Below, piece after piece: positions 29,381 to 40,186 of a stretch of 64,000 bases of DNA. How positions within the stretch are numbered: position 1 is the first letter of the stretch; every line of letters begins with the position of its first letter. The DNA is from a bacterium (GTDB lineage Bacteria; UBA8248), in the NCBI GenBank assembly GCA_965221165.1, contig CBDCRP010000003.1, positions 1,824,001-1,888,000 of the forward strand. Direction: 5' to 3'. Made by a program: the position numbers and the translations under genes. Below the pieces are notes generated by a model. It worked only from the letters and a program-made list of their open reading frames with translations. It was not told where the DNA came from and did no database searches.

Positions 29381-29786
29381 TCTCGCTTAAGAAAATATAC
29401 ATCATATCGTATGAACACTCAGGTTAATCCATAAAAATTGTTGCCCTTCATCGAATGATATCACCTGTTTCATCCTTCAGCACTTGATTATTGGAGGAAA
29501 ATCCGGGGAGTCGATTCTACAACTATAAATATATCAACAGGTTAATCTAAATATTTCATTTAGTTTTATTATTTTTATTATTGTCCTTTGCCCTACACAA
29601 TCAATTAACTGGTTAAAATTCAACGTCTTAAAGCGTTTCCATATGACCAAGAATTGACAAAGCATGTATTTTCATATACTTATGTCTAGCTTTTAGAATT
29701 TGCGTTCCATAGAATGATCCTAAAATTACATGATGACTCATTAATCTTTCTTATCTCCTCTTCAAGAGGCTTGCCACAACTTAGAA

Positions 29787-31886
29787 ATGGCCAAATCTGC
29801 TTCATCTTCCACATCAAGAAAGCGAATCATCGCCGCTATCGATATCGGGGGCACATTCACCGACATTGCGATTTACAATCCATCGAACGGAAACACCGCC
29901 GTAGGAAAATATCTCACGACGCCGAACGATCCCTCAATCGGCGCGCTTGCGGGTCTGCGGACTTTACTCGATGAAGAGAATTTGCGTTTTCGTGATCTCG
30001 GGCAAGCGATCCACGCAACCACCCTCGCCACCAACGCGATCATCGAGAAGAAAGGAGCGCCAACGGGCCTGCTCGCAACAAAGGGATTCGCCGACATCCT
30101 ATTGATGGGCCGTGAATCCAGATACGACATTTATGACATCGTGCCTGAATTTCCGGAACCTCTGGTATCCGGGCCTTTTCGCCGCGAATTGACCGAGAGA
30201 ATTTCCGCGACCGGCGAAATTCTCCAGCCGCTGAGCACCCAGGAGGTGAGGGTAACGATTCAGGAACTCGTCGAAAAAGGGGCGAAATCCATAGCGGTTT
30301 GCCTCTTGCACTCCTACATCAATCCGGAGCACGAAGATGAAGTCGGCGAAGCGATAGCGCAATCGTTCCCCGAAGTGAGTTTCAGTCTCTCCTCGCAAGT
30401 TTGTCCGGAAATAAGAGAGTACGAGAGAACATCCACCACAGTAGCCAACGCCTACATCCAGCCCATCGTCTCGAAATATCTCGAAGACCTCGAAGTCAAC
30501 CTCGAAAACGTCTCGCTATATATCATGCTCTCGAACGGCGGCATCGCCACGGCAAAGTCCGCCGGACGCAGCCCCATACGTATGTTCGAATCGGGACCCG
30601 CAGCCGGGGCGCTTTCCTCGGCCTACTACGGAAAGCTCGGTGGATTCGAAAATCTGATCGCCTTCGACATGGGCGGCACCACCGCCAAATCCTGCATCAT
30701 TGAGAATGGCGAACCTCACCTGTCCGTTCAATTCGAGATCGCCCGCGTCAAACGCTTCACCAAAGGCAGCGGAATGCCCATCCAGGTACCGTGCATCGAT
30801 CTTATCGAAGTGGGCGCCGGTGGCGGCAGCATTGCGCGAATCGATGACATGGGGCTGCTGAAGGTCGGCCCCGAGAGCCAGGGGGCGTTCCCCGGACCCG
30901 CTTGTTATGGACTGGGCGGCGAGGAGCCCACGGTAACCGATGCCAACCTGCTTCTCGGCTACATCAACCCAGATTATTTCCTTGGCGGGGAGATGCCCGT
31001 TTTTCCAGAAGCGGCTTCCGAAACCATCCGTACCAAAATCGCCGAGCCAATGAAGATTGAAGAAATTGAGGCGGCCTGGGGCATTCACGAGTTGGTGAAC
31101 GAAACAATGGCCGCCGCCGCGCGTATCAAGCTCTCAGAGCGCGGCAAGGACCCACGCAACTTCACCCTCATGGCTACCGGCGGCGCAGGCCCGGTACATG
31201 CCTTCAGACTTGCGCGCAAAGTGGGTTTGAAGCGCATCGTTTGCCCGCCGGGCGCAGGCTTGGCTTCCAGCCTGGGACTCCACACCGTTCCCTTCAAGGT
31301 GGACACCGTAGACAGCCAGGTGGCGCCACTCGAAAGTGTGAACCTTTCCGAACTGAACGACACGCTCACCCGCCGAGAAAAGCGGATCCGCGAGGTACTC
31401 ATCGACGCAGGAGTAAGAGAGCGCGAAATCAGAATCCAGCGCATGGCCGACATCAGCTTCGAGGGTCAGGGCTTCCCGCTCACCATTCCCATCCCGAGCG
31501 GAAAACTGACGCGCAACCACTTTGGGGAAATCAGAGACACCTACCACGAGCACTACGCCTCCGTCCATGGGCGCGCCATCAAGGAAGTCCCCCTTCAGGT
31601 GTTCAGTTGGCGAATCTTCGGCATGGGGCCGGAACCCAACGTGAACTTTAATTTCTCGAATCTGTTCGAAACGGACGTCAAAAACGCCTTGAAGGGCAAC
31701 CGGCGCATCTACATGCCGGAGAACAAGGGTTTTCGAAAAGTGAATATCTTCGACCGCTATCTGTTGAAGCCAGGCCAGAAGTTCAAGGGTCCCGCGCTCA
31801 TAGAAGAGCGGATGACGACGACCGTCATCGGGCCACGCTCGAACTTTCAGGTCGATAAATTCCAGAACCTGATTATCGAACTCTAG
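29787..31886 (+). CDS. Hydantoinase A / oxoprolinase alpha subunit
   Basis: DIGGTFTD, EYERTSTT, SGPAAG, DMGGTT, GAGGGSIA, PTVTDANL. Confidence 0.93.
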   Translation: MAKSASSSTSRKRIIAAIDIGGTFTDIAIYNPSNGNTAVGKYLTTPNDPSIGALAGLRTLLDEENLRFRDLGQAIHATTLATNAIIEKKGAPTGLLATKGFADILLMGRESRYDIYDIVPEFPEPLVSGPFRRELTERISATGEILQPLSTQEVRVTIQELVEKGAKSIAVCLLHSYINPEHEDEVGEAIAQSFPEVSFSLSSQVCPEIREYERTSTTVANAYIQPIVSKYLEDLEVNLENVSLYIMLSNGGIATAKSAGRSPIRMFESGPAAGALSSAYYGKLGGFENLIAFDMGGTTAKSCIIENGEPHLSVQFEIARVKRFTKGSGMPIQVPCIDLIEVGAGGGSIARIDDMGLLKVGPESQGAFPGPACYGLGGEEPTVTDANLLLGYINPDYFLGGEMPVFPEAASETIRTKIAEPMKIEEIEAAWGIHELVNETMAAAARIKLSERGKDPRNFTLMATGGAGPVHAFRLARKVGLKRIVCPPGAGLASSLGLHTVPFKVDTVDSQVAPLESVNLSELNDTLTRREKRIREVLIDAGVREREIRIQRMADISFEGQGFPLTIPIPSGKLTRNHFGEIRDTYHEHYASVHGRAIKEVPLQVFSWRIFGMGPEPNVNFNFSNLFETDVKNALKGNRRIYMPENKGFRKVNIFDRYLLKPGQKFKGPALIEERMTTTVIGPRSNFQVDKFQNLIIEL

Positions 31887-31899
31887 GAGACATTCAAAC

Positions 31900-33561
31900 A
31901 TGGCCCGCAAGGGTATCGATTCGATTACCTTGGAAGTTCTCTGGAACCGGTTCATCGCCATCGCCGAGGAAGCGGCCACCGAGATCGTGCGTACCGCTTT
32001 TTCCACCACGATACGCGAATCGAGAAATTTCGCCGTCATCATTTTGAACCCCAACGGACAGTCCATCGCCCAGGCCAGGTCCACCATGCCCAGCTTCGTG
32101 GGTGCGCTGCCGATTACGGCCAAAAAACTTTTGCAGATTTTCCCGCAGGAAACGCTCGTGCCCGATGACCTCATCCTCACGAACGACCCCTGGATGGGAA
32201 CCGGCCATCTTCAAGACCTTACTTCTCTCACACCCGTGTTCTACAAATCGAAGCTGGTCGCCCTCATCGGCATCACCACCCAGGTGACGGACATGGGAGG
32301 GAAACTCAGATCCCCGGAAGTGCGTGAAATTTACGAAGAAGGCCTCCAGCTTCCGCCTTGCAAGTACATGGCGGCGGGTAAAATCAACGAAGATATCCTG
32401 CGCATCGTCAGAAACAACGTGCGCGTGCCGAACCAGGTGGAGGGAGATTTGATCTCCCACATGTCTGCCGGAAGACTCGCCGCCAAGCGCATCAGCGAGA
32501 TGCTCGAAGAATACAAACTCGCCGACCTCGATGCACCGTCCAACACGATCTTCCAGCGTTCTGAAAACGCCATGCGCGAGGCCATCAAGAAAGTGGAAGA
32601 CGGGGAATACCGCTTTCAGGTATCCACCGACGGGTATGATGAACCGCTCGTCATCCGCGTAGAAGTCAAGGTTCGCGGCAGCAGCATTCTGGTGGATTAT
32701 ACGGGCTCATCCCCACAGGTGGACCGCGGACTGAATTCCGTTTTGAACTACGTATATTCCTATTCCGCCTATTCGCTCAAATGCCTGTTCTGTCCGCAGA
32801 TTCCCAACAACGAGGGCAACTTCCGGCCCGTGACGGTATCGGCCCCTGAGGGCAGCATACTGAATCCGCGCTATCCAGCGCCCGTGAACGGCCGCTCCAT
32901 GGTGGGGCATTTCATCCCTTCGGCAATTTTCGGCGCGCTGTGCAAAGCGGTTCCCAATCTCGTGCAAGCGGCCAGCGGCAGCCCCACGTGGGCCATTAAC
33001 GCGGCGGGCATCACGAAGGAAAACAGGCGCTTCGCCGGCAACTTCTTCCTGCATGGCGGACAAGGCGCTACGGATAGGCACGATGGGCGGGTATGTCTCG
33101 ATTTCCCATCGAACACCTCGAATACGCCTATCGAAATTCTCGAGCATCTCGTGCCCTTGCTCGTGGAGAGAAAAGCATCCATCAGAGACAGCGGCGGCGC
33201 GGGCAAATACGCCGGTGGAAACGGCCAGCAGGTGATCGTGAAATCGCTCTCCGAAGGGCCGATTCTCCTCACCTTCATGAGCGAGCGAACCCGACACCCC
33301 GCATATGGTTTGTTCGGCGGGAAAAACGGACGCGTCGGCAAAGTGACCCTGAACGGACGACCCATCAACCCCAAGCGCCAATGGATGATGAACCAAAGCG
33401 ACAGACTCGTGTTGGAAGTACCGAGCGGTGGCGGCTACGGCGATCCGAAAGACCGCTCCTTCTACTCCATCGAGCACGACTTGCTAGAGGGGCTGCTTTC
33501 GATTCAAAAAGCCAGAAGCGAATACAACTATGATGGTGATTTCACCGCCGTGGACATGTAG
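31900..33561 (+). CDS. Hydantoinase B / oxoprolinase beta subunit
   Basis: TAFSTTIRE, NDPW..TGHLQD, EEGLQ, SGGAGKYAGG, GGGYGDP. Confidence 0.93.
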   Translation: MARKGIDSITLEVLWNRFIAIAEEAATEIVRTAFSTTIRESRNFAVIILNPNGQSIAQARSTMPSFVGALPITAKKLLQIFPQETLVPDDLILTNDPWMGTGHLQDLTSLTPVFYKSKLVALIGITTQVTDMGGKLRSPEVREIYEEGLQLPPCKYMAAGKINEDILRIVRNNVRVPNQVEGDLISHMSAGRLAAKRISEMLEEYKLADLDAPSNTIFQRSENAMREAIKKVEDGEYRFQVSTDGYDEPLVIRVEVKVRGSSILVDYTGSSPQVDRGLNSVLNYVYSYSAYSLKCLFCPQIPNNEGNFRPVTVSAPEGSILNPRYPAPVNGRSMVGHFIPSAIFGALCKAVPNLVQAASGSPTWAINAAGITKENRRFAGNFFLHGGQGATDRHDGRVCLDFPSNTSNTPIEILEHLVPLLVERKASIRDSGGAGKYAGGNGQQVIVKSLSEGPILLTFMSERTRHPAYGLFGGKNGRVGKVTLNGRPINPKRQWMMNQSDRLVLEVPSGGGYGDPKDRSFYSIEHDLLEGLLSIQKARSEYNYDGDFTAVDM

Positions 33562-33569
33562 TTTGCCTG

Positions 33570-34574
33570 ATGCCTTCCAGAAAACGATGGGCCGCCGTCA
33601 CCTCCACATCTGATTTTCCAGTCGCCATGGCGTCCGTGAAAAAGGCGATGGCCGGCGTCGCGCCCGTCCGCACCGTGGCGCTGCCCTTCAAGCCTTTGGA
33701 CAAAGAAGAAGAGGCTGTCTTCGCCGAGAAACTGAAAGGGGCGCAAGGGGTTCTGCTGCGCCCGGGCTACATCACCGCGTCCTTGCTCACGCTGTTGCCG
33801 GACTTGCGCGTGGTGGCCGTACATGGCGCAGGCGTGGATCAGGTCGACGTGGACGCCTGCACGGAACACGGCGTACTCGTCACCAACACGCCGGGTGCGA
33901 ACGCGAACGCCGTGGCCGAACTGACCCTCGGTTTAATGCTCTCCGTGGCCAGACGCATTCCCCAGGCGGCTTCCCGCGTGGGCGGGGAGCGGGTATGGGG
34001 AGAGGCGCGCCACACAGGTGTCGAACTTCAGGGTAAAACGCTGGGCTTAATCGGCATCGGGCAGGTGGGGGGCAAGCTTACGAAAATGGCGGGCGCGATG
34101 GGCATGAAGGTCCTCGCCCACGACCCGGGCCTCACGAGCGAAGAAATCAAGGCCCGCGGAGCGAGACCCTCACGGATTGACACCCTGCTGGGCCGGGCCG
34201 ACTTCGTCTCCCTTCATGCGCCGCTCACGCCCAAGACCCATCACCTGATCGATAAGCAGGCGATCTCGAAAATGAAAAAGGGAGCCTTTCTCGTCAACGC
34301 CGCCAGAGGCCCGCTGGTGGATGAGGCGGCGCTGGCGCATGCGCTCAAGAGCGGCAAAATCGGCGGGGCGGCCCTCGACGTGCTCGAAGGGGAGCCGCCG
34401 CATCCCGAAAGCGCCATCTTCGGTGCGCCCAACCTCATTCTCACCCCGCACATGGCGGGTTCCACCAAGGAGTGTCTCGAAGCCATCGCCACCCGGGCGG
34501 GGGAGGATATCGCCCGCGTCCTGAGCGGCAAGAAGCCGAAGTATCCGGTGAACAAGCCCGGGAAAACCGCTTGA
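33570..34574 (+). CDS. D-2-hydroxyacid dehydrogenase family protein
   Basis: GAGVDQVD, GIGQVG, NAARG, DVLEGEP, TPHMAG. Confidence 0.9.
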   Translation: MPSRKRWAAVTSTSDFPVAMASVKKAMAGVAPVRTVALPFKPLDKEEEAVFAEKLKGAQGVLLRPGYITASLLTLLPDLRVVAVHGAGVDQVDVDACTEHGVLVTNTPGANANAVAELTLGLMLSVARRIPQAASRVGGERVWGEARHTGVELQGKTLGLIGIGQVGGKLTKMAGAMGMKVLAHDPGLTSEEIKARGARPSRIDTLLGRADFVSLHAPLTPKTHHLIDKQAISKMKKGAFLVNAARGPLVDEAALAHALKSGKIGGAALDVLEGEPPHPESAIFGAPNLILTPHMAGSTKECLEAIATRAGEDIARVLSGKKPKYPVNKPGKTA

Positions 34575-34620
34575 GCCGCCTCGCGAAAACCGCCTGAGCC
34601 CACCTCGCGCCATTTCGGCT

Positions 34621-34716
34621 GAAAAACAACGTAACTCATTATATTTCAACAATATAAATTTTCAGATATTTTCAGGTATTTTCCCCTTTTTTCACCTTTT
34701 TTTACTTATTTTCACC
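34621..34716. repeat. AT-rich phased A-tract element, copy 2 (inverted relative to 8851-8936)
   Basis: Reverse complement GGTGAAAATAAGTAAAAAAAGGTGAAAAAAGGGGAAAATACCTGAAAATATCTGAAAAT. Confidence 0.65.
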
Positions 34717-35003
34717 ATGCTGGAGAAGGCGGACGCACCCCCCGGACACCCCCGGCCCGGCGGAACGCCCCGAACGGCGGGTACGGAAAATGCGGGGAAA
34801 TGCGCGCTTCGCCGATACCGGGCATTGCGGAGAACGCGGCGGGGCACCGAACTTCGCGAAAACACCAAACGACGAGTTTATCCCGTCTGTCTAGCCCCGG
34901 ACGTTTTATGGTGGATGGCATTCGCCCTCCGCGCATGAAGACCCGCGCGGCGGAGCATCCGAAACCGAACTCCGCGAAAGCGCCCGAGCGGACTCAGGCC
35001 CCT

Positions 35004-37529
35004 TCAAGGCCCGAAGGTGTATTTGGCGTTTAAGAACAGCGTGCGCCCCTGGGCGGAGGCGAACGTGAGGTCCGGGACGTCATCGGCGATGGACGGCCCG
35101 CGATCGGCGATGTTCAAGACGCCGCCGATGAGCTCCAGCTCGCGAAAGCCGAACGCCTCGCGCCAGCGCAGCGTGACGTCGTGCCCTGCCCACTGTCCGT
35201 AGCGGGCGGTTCTATCCGTATTCCAATACCCCGAAACCCCGTAAACGCTCCAGTTCGCCGTCACGCTGCCCCTGCGGGCGCGCATGGAGACGTGGACGCG
35301 GTCGCGCGGGTAGTCCCCCGGAACCTTCTGGCCGGCCGCCCGAGTTTCGTCTTCGGTCACGCGCGACCAGCGCATGTCGAAGGCCACGTCTCCGAAATCG
35401 GTCTTCCAGTCGAGGCGCGCCCGCAAGTCGACCCCTTCGACGTCGGTTTCCCCGATGTTGGCCCAGGAACCCTCGATCCGCCGGAGGAGGTTTCCATCGC
35501 GCACCACCCGCTCGCCGGCGGGCAACTGCCCTTTCGTCTCCAAATCAATGATGTGCTGCGCCAGCCATCGCGTCGGCACTTCGGAGAGATTGATCCGGAA
35601 CCAGTCCAGACTTAACGAAAAAGGCCCCAGGCTCGCCGCCGCGCCGATGCCCAGGCTCTTCGCCTCGTCCGGCTCGAGTTCGGGGTTTCCGCTGCTCAAA
35701 CGCTCCACCTGCGTTCTGTCGCAATCGACGATATCGCCGGTGTGCGTCGTCACGTCGCACACGTATGGGTAGTCGATCGATTGACCACGCAAGCCCAGAA
35801 CACTCAGATCTGGCGGTTTGCCGCCCGTCCCCCAGGATGCGCGGAGCGCGAGGTTTTTGTTCGGCCGGTAGCGGCTCGCGACTTGACCGGAAAACGTCGC
35901 GCCGACGTCGTCGTGGTCGTCATGCCGCCCGGCGAGAGTAACGTCCCAACCCTTGATCAGAGGCAGAGAGACTTCCGCGAAGGCCGAGAAGGTCTGCCGG
36001 TCGCCGACCGACGAACTCCCTCCGGAGCCGAGCACGTCGGTCGGGTCGTAGGAGCGGCGGTTCATATCCCGATAATCATGGATGCTTTTCCAGTCTTGGG
36101 AGGCGACTTCGGCGCCCACCGCCCACAGAACGTTGCCGCCCGGGAGCGGGAAGGCCTTGCCGTTGAACGAGACCCGCGCCGCCGTGTATTCGGCAACCTG
36201 CTCATGCTCGAGCACGAGGCTGGTCTCCCGAACCGCCGCCAGATGGTCGGAGTCGGTCGAAAACGGGTTTTCGACGTCGTAGCGTCCATCGCCAATCACT
36301 CCGGCGATTGCGCTCTCGCTCACGAACGTATTCCCGTTCACGACCGCGTCGTGCAAGTAGTAGCGAACGTGCGCGTCGTAGCCGACCTCGCCCAATTTGC
36401 CCCGTAAGCCGAGTGTAACGTCGCGCTCCTCGACGTCCGTCACCCATTCGCGGTTGCCGTGGCCGACGAACCGATGGGCCACGATTATCTCATCGGGAAG
36501 AGCGTCGATCTCTGGGTCCTGAAGCAGCTTCTCTCTGAGCGACTGCGGGGGGGCGAAGGCGAAGGTGCCGACCGAGGGAGCATACCGGCTCCTGCTTTCA
36601 CTTCGCGCGGCGCGGGCGTCGAGATAGACATCGGCGCTCTCGCCGAGTGGGTGCTCGGCGCTCAGGAACAGGCCCTCACGGGCGAGACGCTCCCAACCAT
36701 CATGCCATTTGACGGCGGTGTAATCGAAACCACACCCTACGCCCGGATGGTTGCGAGGGTTGGTGAGCCCGGCCACGTAGCCGCTTCCCTCGCAGGCGCC
36801 GAGAGGACGTGCGATGGTGCTTCCACCCGGAGGAGTGATGAAGGCGGTATTACCGCCCACCGAAATCTCCCGCGAGTCGGCGAACGAGCCGCCCGGCGTC
36901 CACGAACCGCGTGAATACTCCCTGTCGGCGTCGCGTATCTCCTCTCGCCGGACGACGTCGAGACCGACCACTACGCGCCCGCGCCCGAGCGCGCCTCCCC
37001 ACACGAAGCTGCCCTGTTCGGAATCACCTCCCGCCTGCCCCGGCCGCGCCGCGCCGGCCCCGACTTCGATGCCCTTGAAGTCGCGCCTGAGCACGATGTT
37101 GATCGCCCCGCCCACGGCGTGGCCGCCGTGTATGGAGGCGGCGTTGTCGCTCAGTATCTCGATCCGCTCCACCGCCGATAAGGGAAACGCTTCGGCGTCG
37201 AAGCCCGCATAGGATGCGCGGCGTCCGTTGATGAGAAACACGAGGCGGCCGGCTCCCGCGACGAAAGGCCGGTAGAGGCCGAAGCTGTTGAACACCACGC
37301 GGCTCAGCAGCAGGTCCCGCACGTTCTGGGCGCCCGAGAGTTCGATGTCGCGCCGCGTAATGACGGCGACGGGGCGCGGGGTCTCCGGCGCGGGGCGGGG
37401 AATGTGCCCGGCCACCGACGCGCCTGCGCCCTTCTCCTGGGCGGCGGCGTCTCTCGCCCCTGCAAGGAAAATCGCCAGAAAAAGCGCCGGAAGGATTGCG
37501 TGAACGCTTTGTTTGCGGGTCGTGCGCAT
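35004..37529 (-). CDS. TonB-dependent outer membrane receptor
   Basis: Signal peptide, PVAVITRRDIE, LINGRR, VERIEIL, GGAINIV, GNPELEP, C-terminal GRTLFLNAKYTF; RBS GGAGG before ATG 37529. Confidence 0.9.
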   Translation of the reverse strand: MRTTRKQSVHAILPALFLAIFLAGARDAAAQEKGAGASVAGHIPRPAPETPRPVAVITRRDIELSGAQNVRDLLLSRVVFNSFGLYRPFVAGAGRLVFLINGRRASYAGFDAEAFPLSAVERIEILSDNAASIHGGHAVGGAINIVLRRDFKGIEVGAGAARPGQAGGDSEQGSFVWGGALGRGRVVVGLDVVRREEIRDADREYSRGSWTPGGSFADSREISVGGNTAFITPPGGSTIARPLGACEGSGYVAGLTNPRNHPGVGCGFDYTAVKWHDGWERLAREGLFLSAEHPLGESADVYLDARAARSESRSRYAPSVGTFAFAPPQSLREKLLQDPEIDALPDEIIVAHRFVGHGNREWVTDVEERDVTLGLRGKLGEVGYDAHVRYYLHDAVVNGNTFVSESAIAGVIGDGRYDVENPFSTDSDHLAAVRETSLVLEHEQVAEYTAARVSFNGKAFPLPGGNVLWAVGAEVASQDWKSIHDYRDMNRRSYDPTDVLGSGGSSSVGDRQTFSAFAEVSLPLIKGWDVTLAGRHDDHDDVGATFSGQVASRYRPNKNLALRASWGTGGKPPDLSVLGLRGQSIDYPYVCDVTTHTGDIVDCDRTQVERLSSGNPELEPDEAKSLGIGAAASLGPFSLSLDWFRINLSEVPTRWLAQHIIDLETKGQLPAGERVVRDGNLLRRIEGSWANIGETDVEGVDLRARLDWKTDFGDVAFDMRWSRVTEDETRAAGQKVPGDYPRDRVHVSMRARRGSVTANWSVYGVSGYWNTDRTARYGQWAGHDVTLRWREAFGFRELELIGGVLNIADRGPSIADDVPDLTFASAQGRTLFLNAKYTFGP

Positions 37530-37701
37530 GGGGAACCTCCTCGTGTAGGTTTCCGGGCCATGTGGCAACTGGGCTATGGATCATTGGTAAGAGCGAATCG
37601 CAATATTGCCAATTTTTTTTCGGCAGATCAAAAGTGAACGCATTCCTCAAGGGGGCGAAGACGGGGGACATTCCCGATTCGATGAGGGTGGGAAAGACGT
37701 A

Positions 37702-37729
37702 GTAGGGGCGGTTCGCGAACCGCCCCTAC
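37702..37729. repeat. GTAG-family REP-like palindrome
   Basis: GTAGGGGCGGTTCGCGAACCGCCCCTAC perfect inverted repeat. Confidence 0.75.
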
Positions 37730-37825
37730 ATTATCGGTATGAAAGACAAACGGGGTTGATCTCCCCCTCCTCGGGGAAGATCAACCTCCTGGGGATTGTC
37801 ATGCGGCGAGACGAATGATTCAAAC

Positions 37826-38383
37826 TCACTCCGAAAAATAGCGCTCCATCCACTGCTCGACGTCGAAGCTCCACATCTGGACGCCTTCTTCGCGGAAAAT
37901 GCTCTGAAACACCGGCTTCGCCTCTCCGGGCTTGATGACCCGAAAGCCCCAGCGCACCTCATAATTCGCATCGCCTACGTCATCTCCCTCGTCCGGCTCA
38001 CCATCCCTGTCGCCGCCGCTCACGAGCACGAATCTGGTGAACCGCCTCGAGAGAAAAGAGTGCTCATCGATCAAGTCGTATTCTATATGGACGATGTAGT
38101 CGGGCTTTTTCAGAGGCTCGCCAGCCTTGTTCATCTCAACGCAGCGAAATCGGGAGGTGAACGACAAACCCTTGCAGGCGGCTTCGCGCACCTCGAAATC
38201 CTCGGGGGCGAGGGACGAAGGCACGTGATAATCGGTGGGAACCAGCCTGGCCTGAACGGCCACCAGATAACCTTTCTTCGGCTGGGCGCGGGTGATCCGC
38301 TGAAACGGGGAATCGCTGAGCTCGAAACTTCCGCATCCGCTCAGGAAAACCAACATGGACAGGCAAAAGGCAAGACGTTTCAT
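37826..38383 (-). CDS. Hypothetical lipoprotein
   Basis: MKRLAFCLSMLVFLSGC lipobox. Confidence 0.65.
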   Translation of the reverse strand: MKRLAFCLSMLVFLSGCGSFELSDSPFQRITRAQPKKGYLVAVQARLVPTDYHVPSSLAPEDFEVREAACKGLSFTSRFRCVEMNKAGEPLKKPDYIVHIEYDLIDEHSFLSRRFTRFVLVSGGDRDGEPDEGDDVGDANYEVRWGFRVIKPGEAKPVFQSIFREEGVQMWSFDVEQWMERYFSE

Positions 38384-38384
38384 C

Positions 38385-38819
38385 TCACATCCTTTGGCCG
38401 GCGGCTAGGGAAACTTTTTTCTGCTGCGCGTCGTTCACATATTCAATCTTCGGCCATAAATCCCAAGCGCGGGCGAGCACGCGCGCCTCGCCCTGATCCA
38501 GCAGGCTCACCCGCACCCCGCGCGATTGGTTCACGAGTTTTTTATAAAGGATCGGCACGTCGAGATCGCCGACGGCCTCATCCACCTCCCGGAAGCGCTC
38601 GAGGCCCTTCTTCAGATTGGCGAGCGCGCCCTTGTAGTGGCGCTGCTGGAGCTTCACGTAGCCCGCGGCGATCTGAATCAGCCCCTGGTAGAATTTCTTG
38701 GGCGTAGGCTCGGCGTTCATCCAGATGCCCTCCCACGCCTCGTGCGCGCACCAGTATTCCCCCTGATTGAACAGGAAAACGCCCGCGTCGCTGCGCGCCT
38801 CCCAGGGGATGGGGAACAA
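38385..38819 (-). CDS. DUF309 domain protein
   Basis: LFNQGEYWCAHEAWEGIW...FYQGLIQIAAG; start uncertain. Confidence 0.8.
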   Translation of the reverse strand: MFPIPWEARSDAGVFLFNQGEYWCAHEAWEGIWMNAEPTPKKFYQGLIQIAAGYVKLQQRHYKGALANLKKGLERFREVDEAVGDLDVPILYKKLVNQSRGVRVSLLDQGEARVLARAWDLWPKIEYVNDAQQKKVSLAAGQRM

Positions 38820-39063
38820 TTTCTATCCTCCGCGAAAAGAGAGGTTTCTCCTGACTCGCCGAAAGCCTCGCGCCTCCGAACTCCATGAAAGCAACCCTTG
38901 ATGCGGACGATGCGCCCGGCCACCGGAGGCGACGCCCTTCTCTATAAGATAAACCCCTTTGCGCGAGGGCGCTACAAAAATCATCCATTATTCCCGAACT
39001 TCAAGAGCCGCCGCGTCATTACAGACCCGGGGGGCAAAGGCGGCAGGAGAGGGGTAGATTGCT

Positions 39064-39093
39064 GTAGGGGCGGACCTGTGTGTCCGCCCTTAC
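39064..39093 (+). repeat. GTAG-family REP-like element (left flank of mrr)
   Basis: GTAGGGGCGGACCTGTGTGTCCGCCC. Confidence 0.75.
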
Positions 39094-39125
39094 GGAAAAG
39101 GCGCTACCAAGAGCTTAGCGCTATC

Positions 39126-39986
39126 TTACAGAGAGGAGAAAAATTTCTCATCCGGCGTGATGACCTCGACGGACTCTGTCTTTACGCCGAGTTCTAATTT
39201 CTTCAGCAAATTACAGAGTTCAAGGCCATCGATAAGGTCGATGGCCGGGGCCCCGTCTCGAACCGCCTCCCGCTCCGCTTCTTTTGTGAATCTTCCCGTA
39301 GTGATAAACAACCCTTTGTCCGCGCGGCCAACCATCGCGCCCCTGAAATCGCGAATCGCACTCGCTCCAACCGACTCTGTGTATCTTTTGCATTGGAATC
39401 GAACATGAAACGAAATAAGATTGACGCGCAAGACGCCGGCGCCATCAATACCGCCATCACCAGACCTTCCCGTGACTTCCACTTTCGTGAAGCCCGCCTC
39501 GCGAAGCACACGCTGGCAAAGTCGTTCAAAAGCACCGGGATCAATAGCACGAACGATGTCGAGAAGCTCTTCTCGCCAATCCGATTCAGTCAAGCCTACA
39601 TCTTCGGCATCACCCACATCCGCCGATACGGCAAGAGCCGCCTTTCGAGCGTTGTACGCTTTAACCCACTCTCGGACAAGAGTACGCGCTTCATTGCCGT
39701 CCTGAATTTGACGACCCAGTTCCGTGATCGTCCAAACACCCCTGGATGTGTTCTCAACCGCGCCAATCAGTTTGAGGTCCGTACGCGCCCATGCAGAGCG
39801 ATATTCAACCTCGGATTGAGTGCCATTTTCTTTATGTGAAACGTCCAGAATTTCATCGGATAGTTCCATATCCGATACAATCTGCTCCGAGAGTTCCTGA
39901 ATAGAAGCGGAACCTCCTTTCGCTTCCAAGGCCTTGAGGGTAGGCCAAAGCAAGTCTTCGCGTTTCGGAATCTGTTGTTCTGCTAT
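39126..39986 (-). CDS. mrr: Mrr type IV restriction endonuclease
   Basis: Mrr N-terminal domain (LWPTLKAL..KGGSA, YRSAWARTDLK, SRGVW) and catalytic domain (AFERLC, GDGGIDG, QCKRY, IDG); probable start codon ATA at 39986. Confidence 0.9.
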   Translation of the reverse strand: MAEQQIPKREDLLWPTLKALEAKGGSASIQELSEQIVSDMELSDEILDVSHKENGTQSEVEYRSAWARTDLKLIGAVENTSRGVWTITELGRQIQDGNEARTLVREWVKAYNARKAALAVSADVGDAEDVGLTESDWREELLDIVRAIDPGAFERLCQRVLREAGFTKVEVTGRSGDGGIDGAGVLRVNLISFHVRFQCKRYTESVGASAIRDFRGAMVGRADKGLFITTGRFTKEAEREAVRDGAPAIDLIDGLELCNLLKKLELGVKTESVEVITPDEKFFSSL

Positions 39987-40186
39987 ACGTTATCCTTTCT
40001 ATTCGTGCTTCACTCCGTACATGGTCATCTTGAGACGTAGGTTAATAAACGCTGTCAGGTTTGGATTCCGGCATTCGCCGGATTGACGGACGGAATCATT
40101 CCAGACCTATAAGAGGAGGTCAATCTCGACCGAGGAAGGATGCGTAGCGGGCGGTTCGAGAACCACTCGCCGGGTCGAGAGAAACC

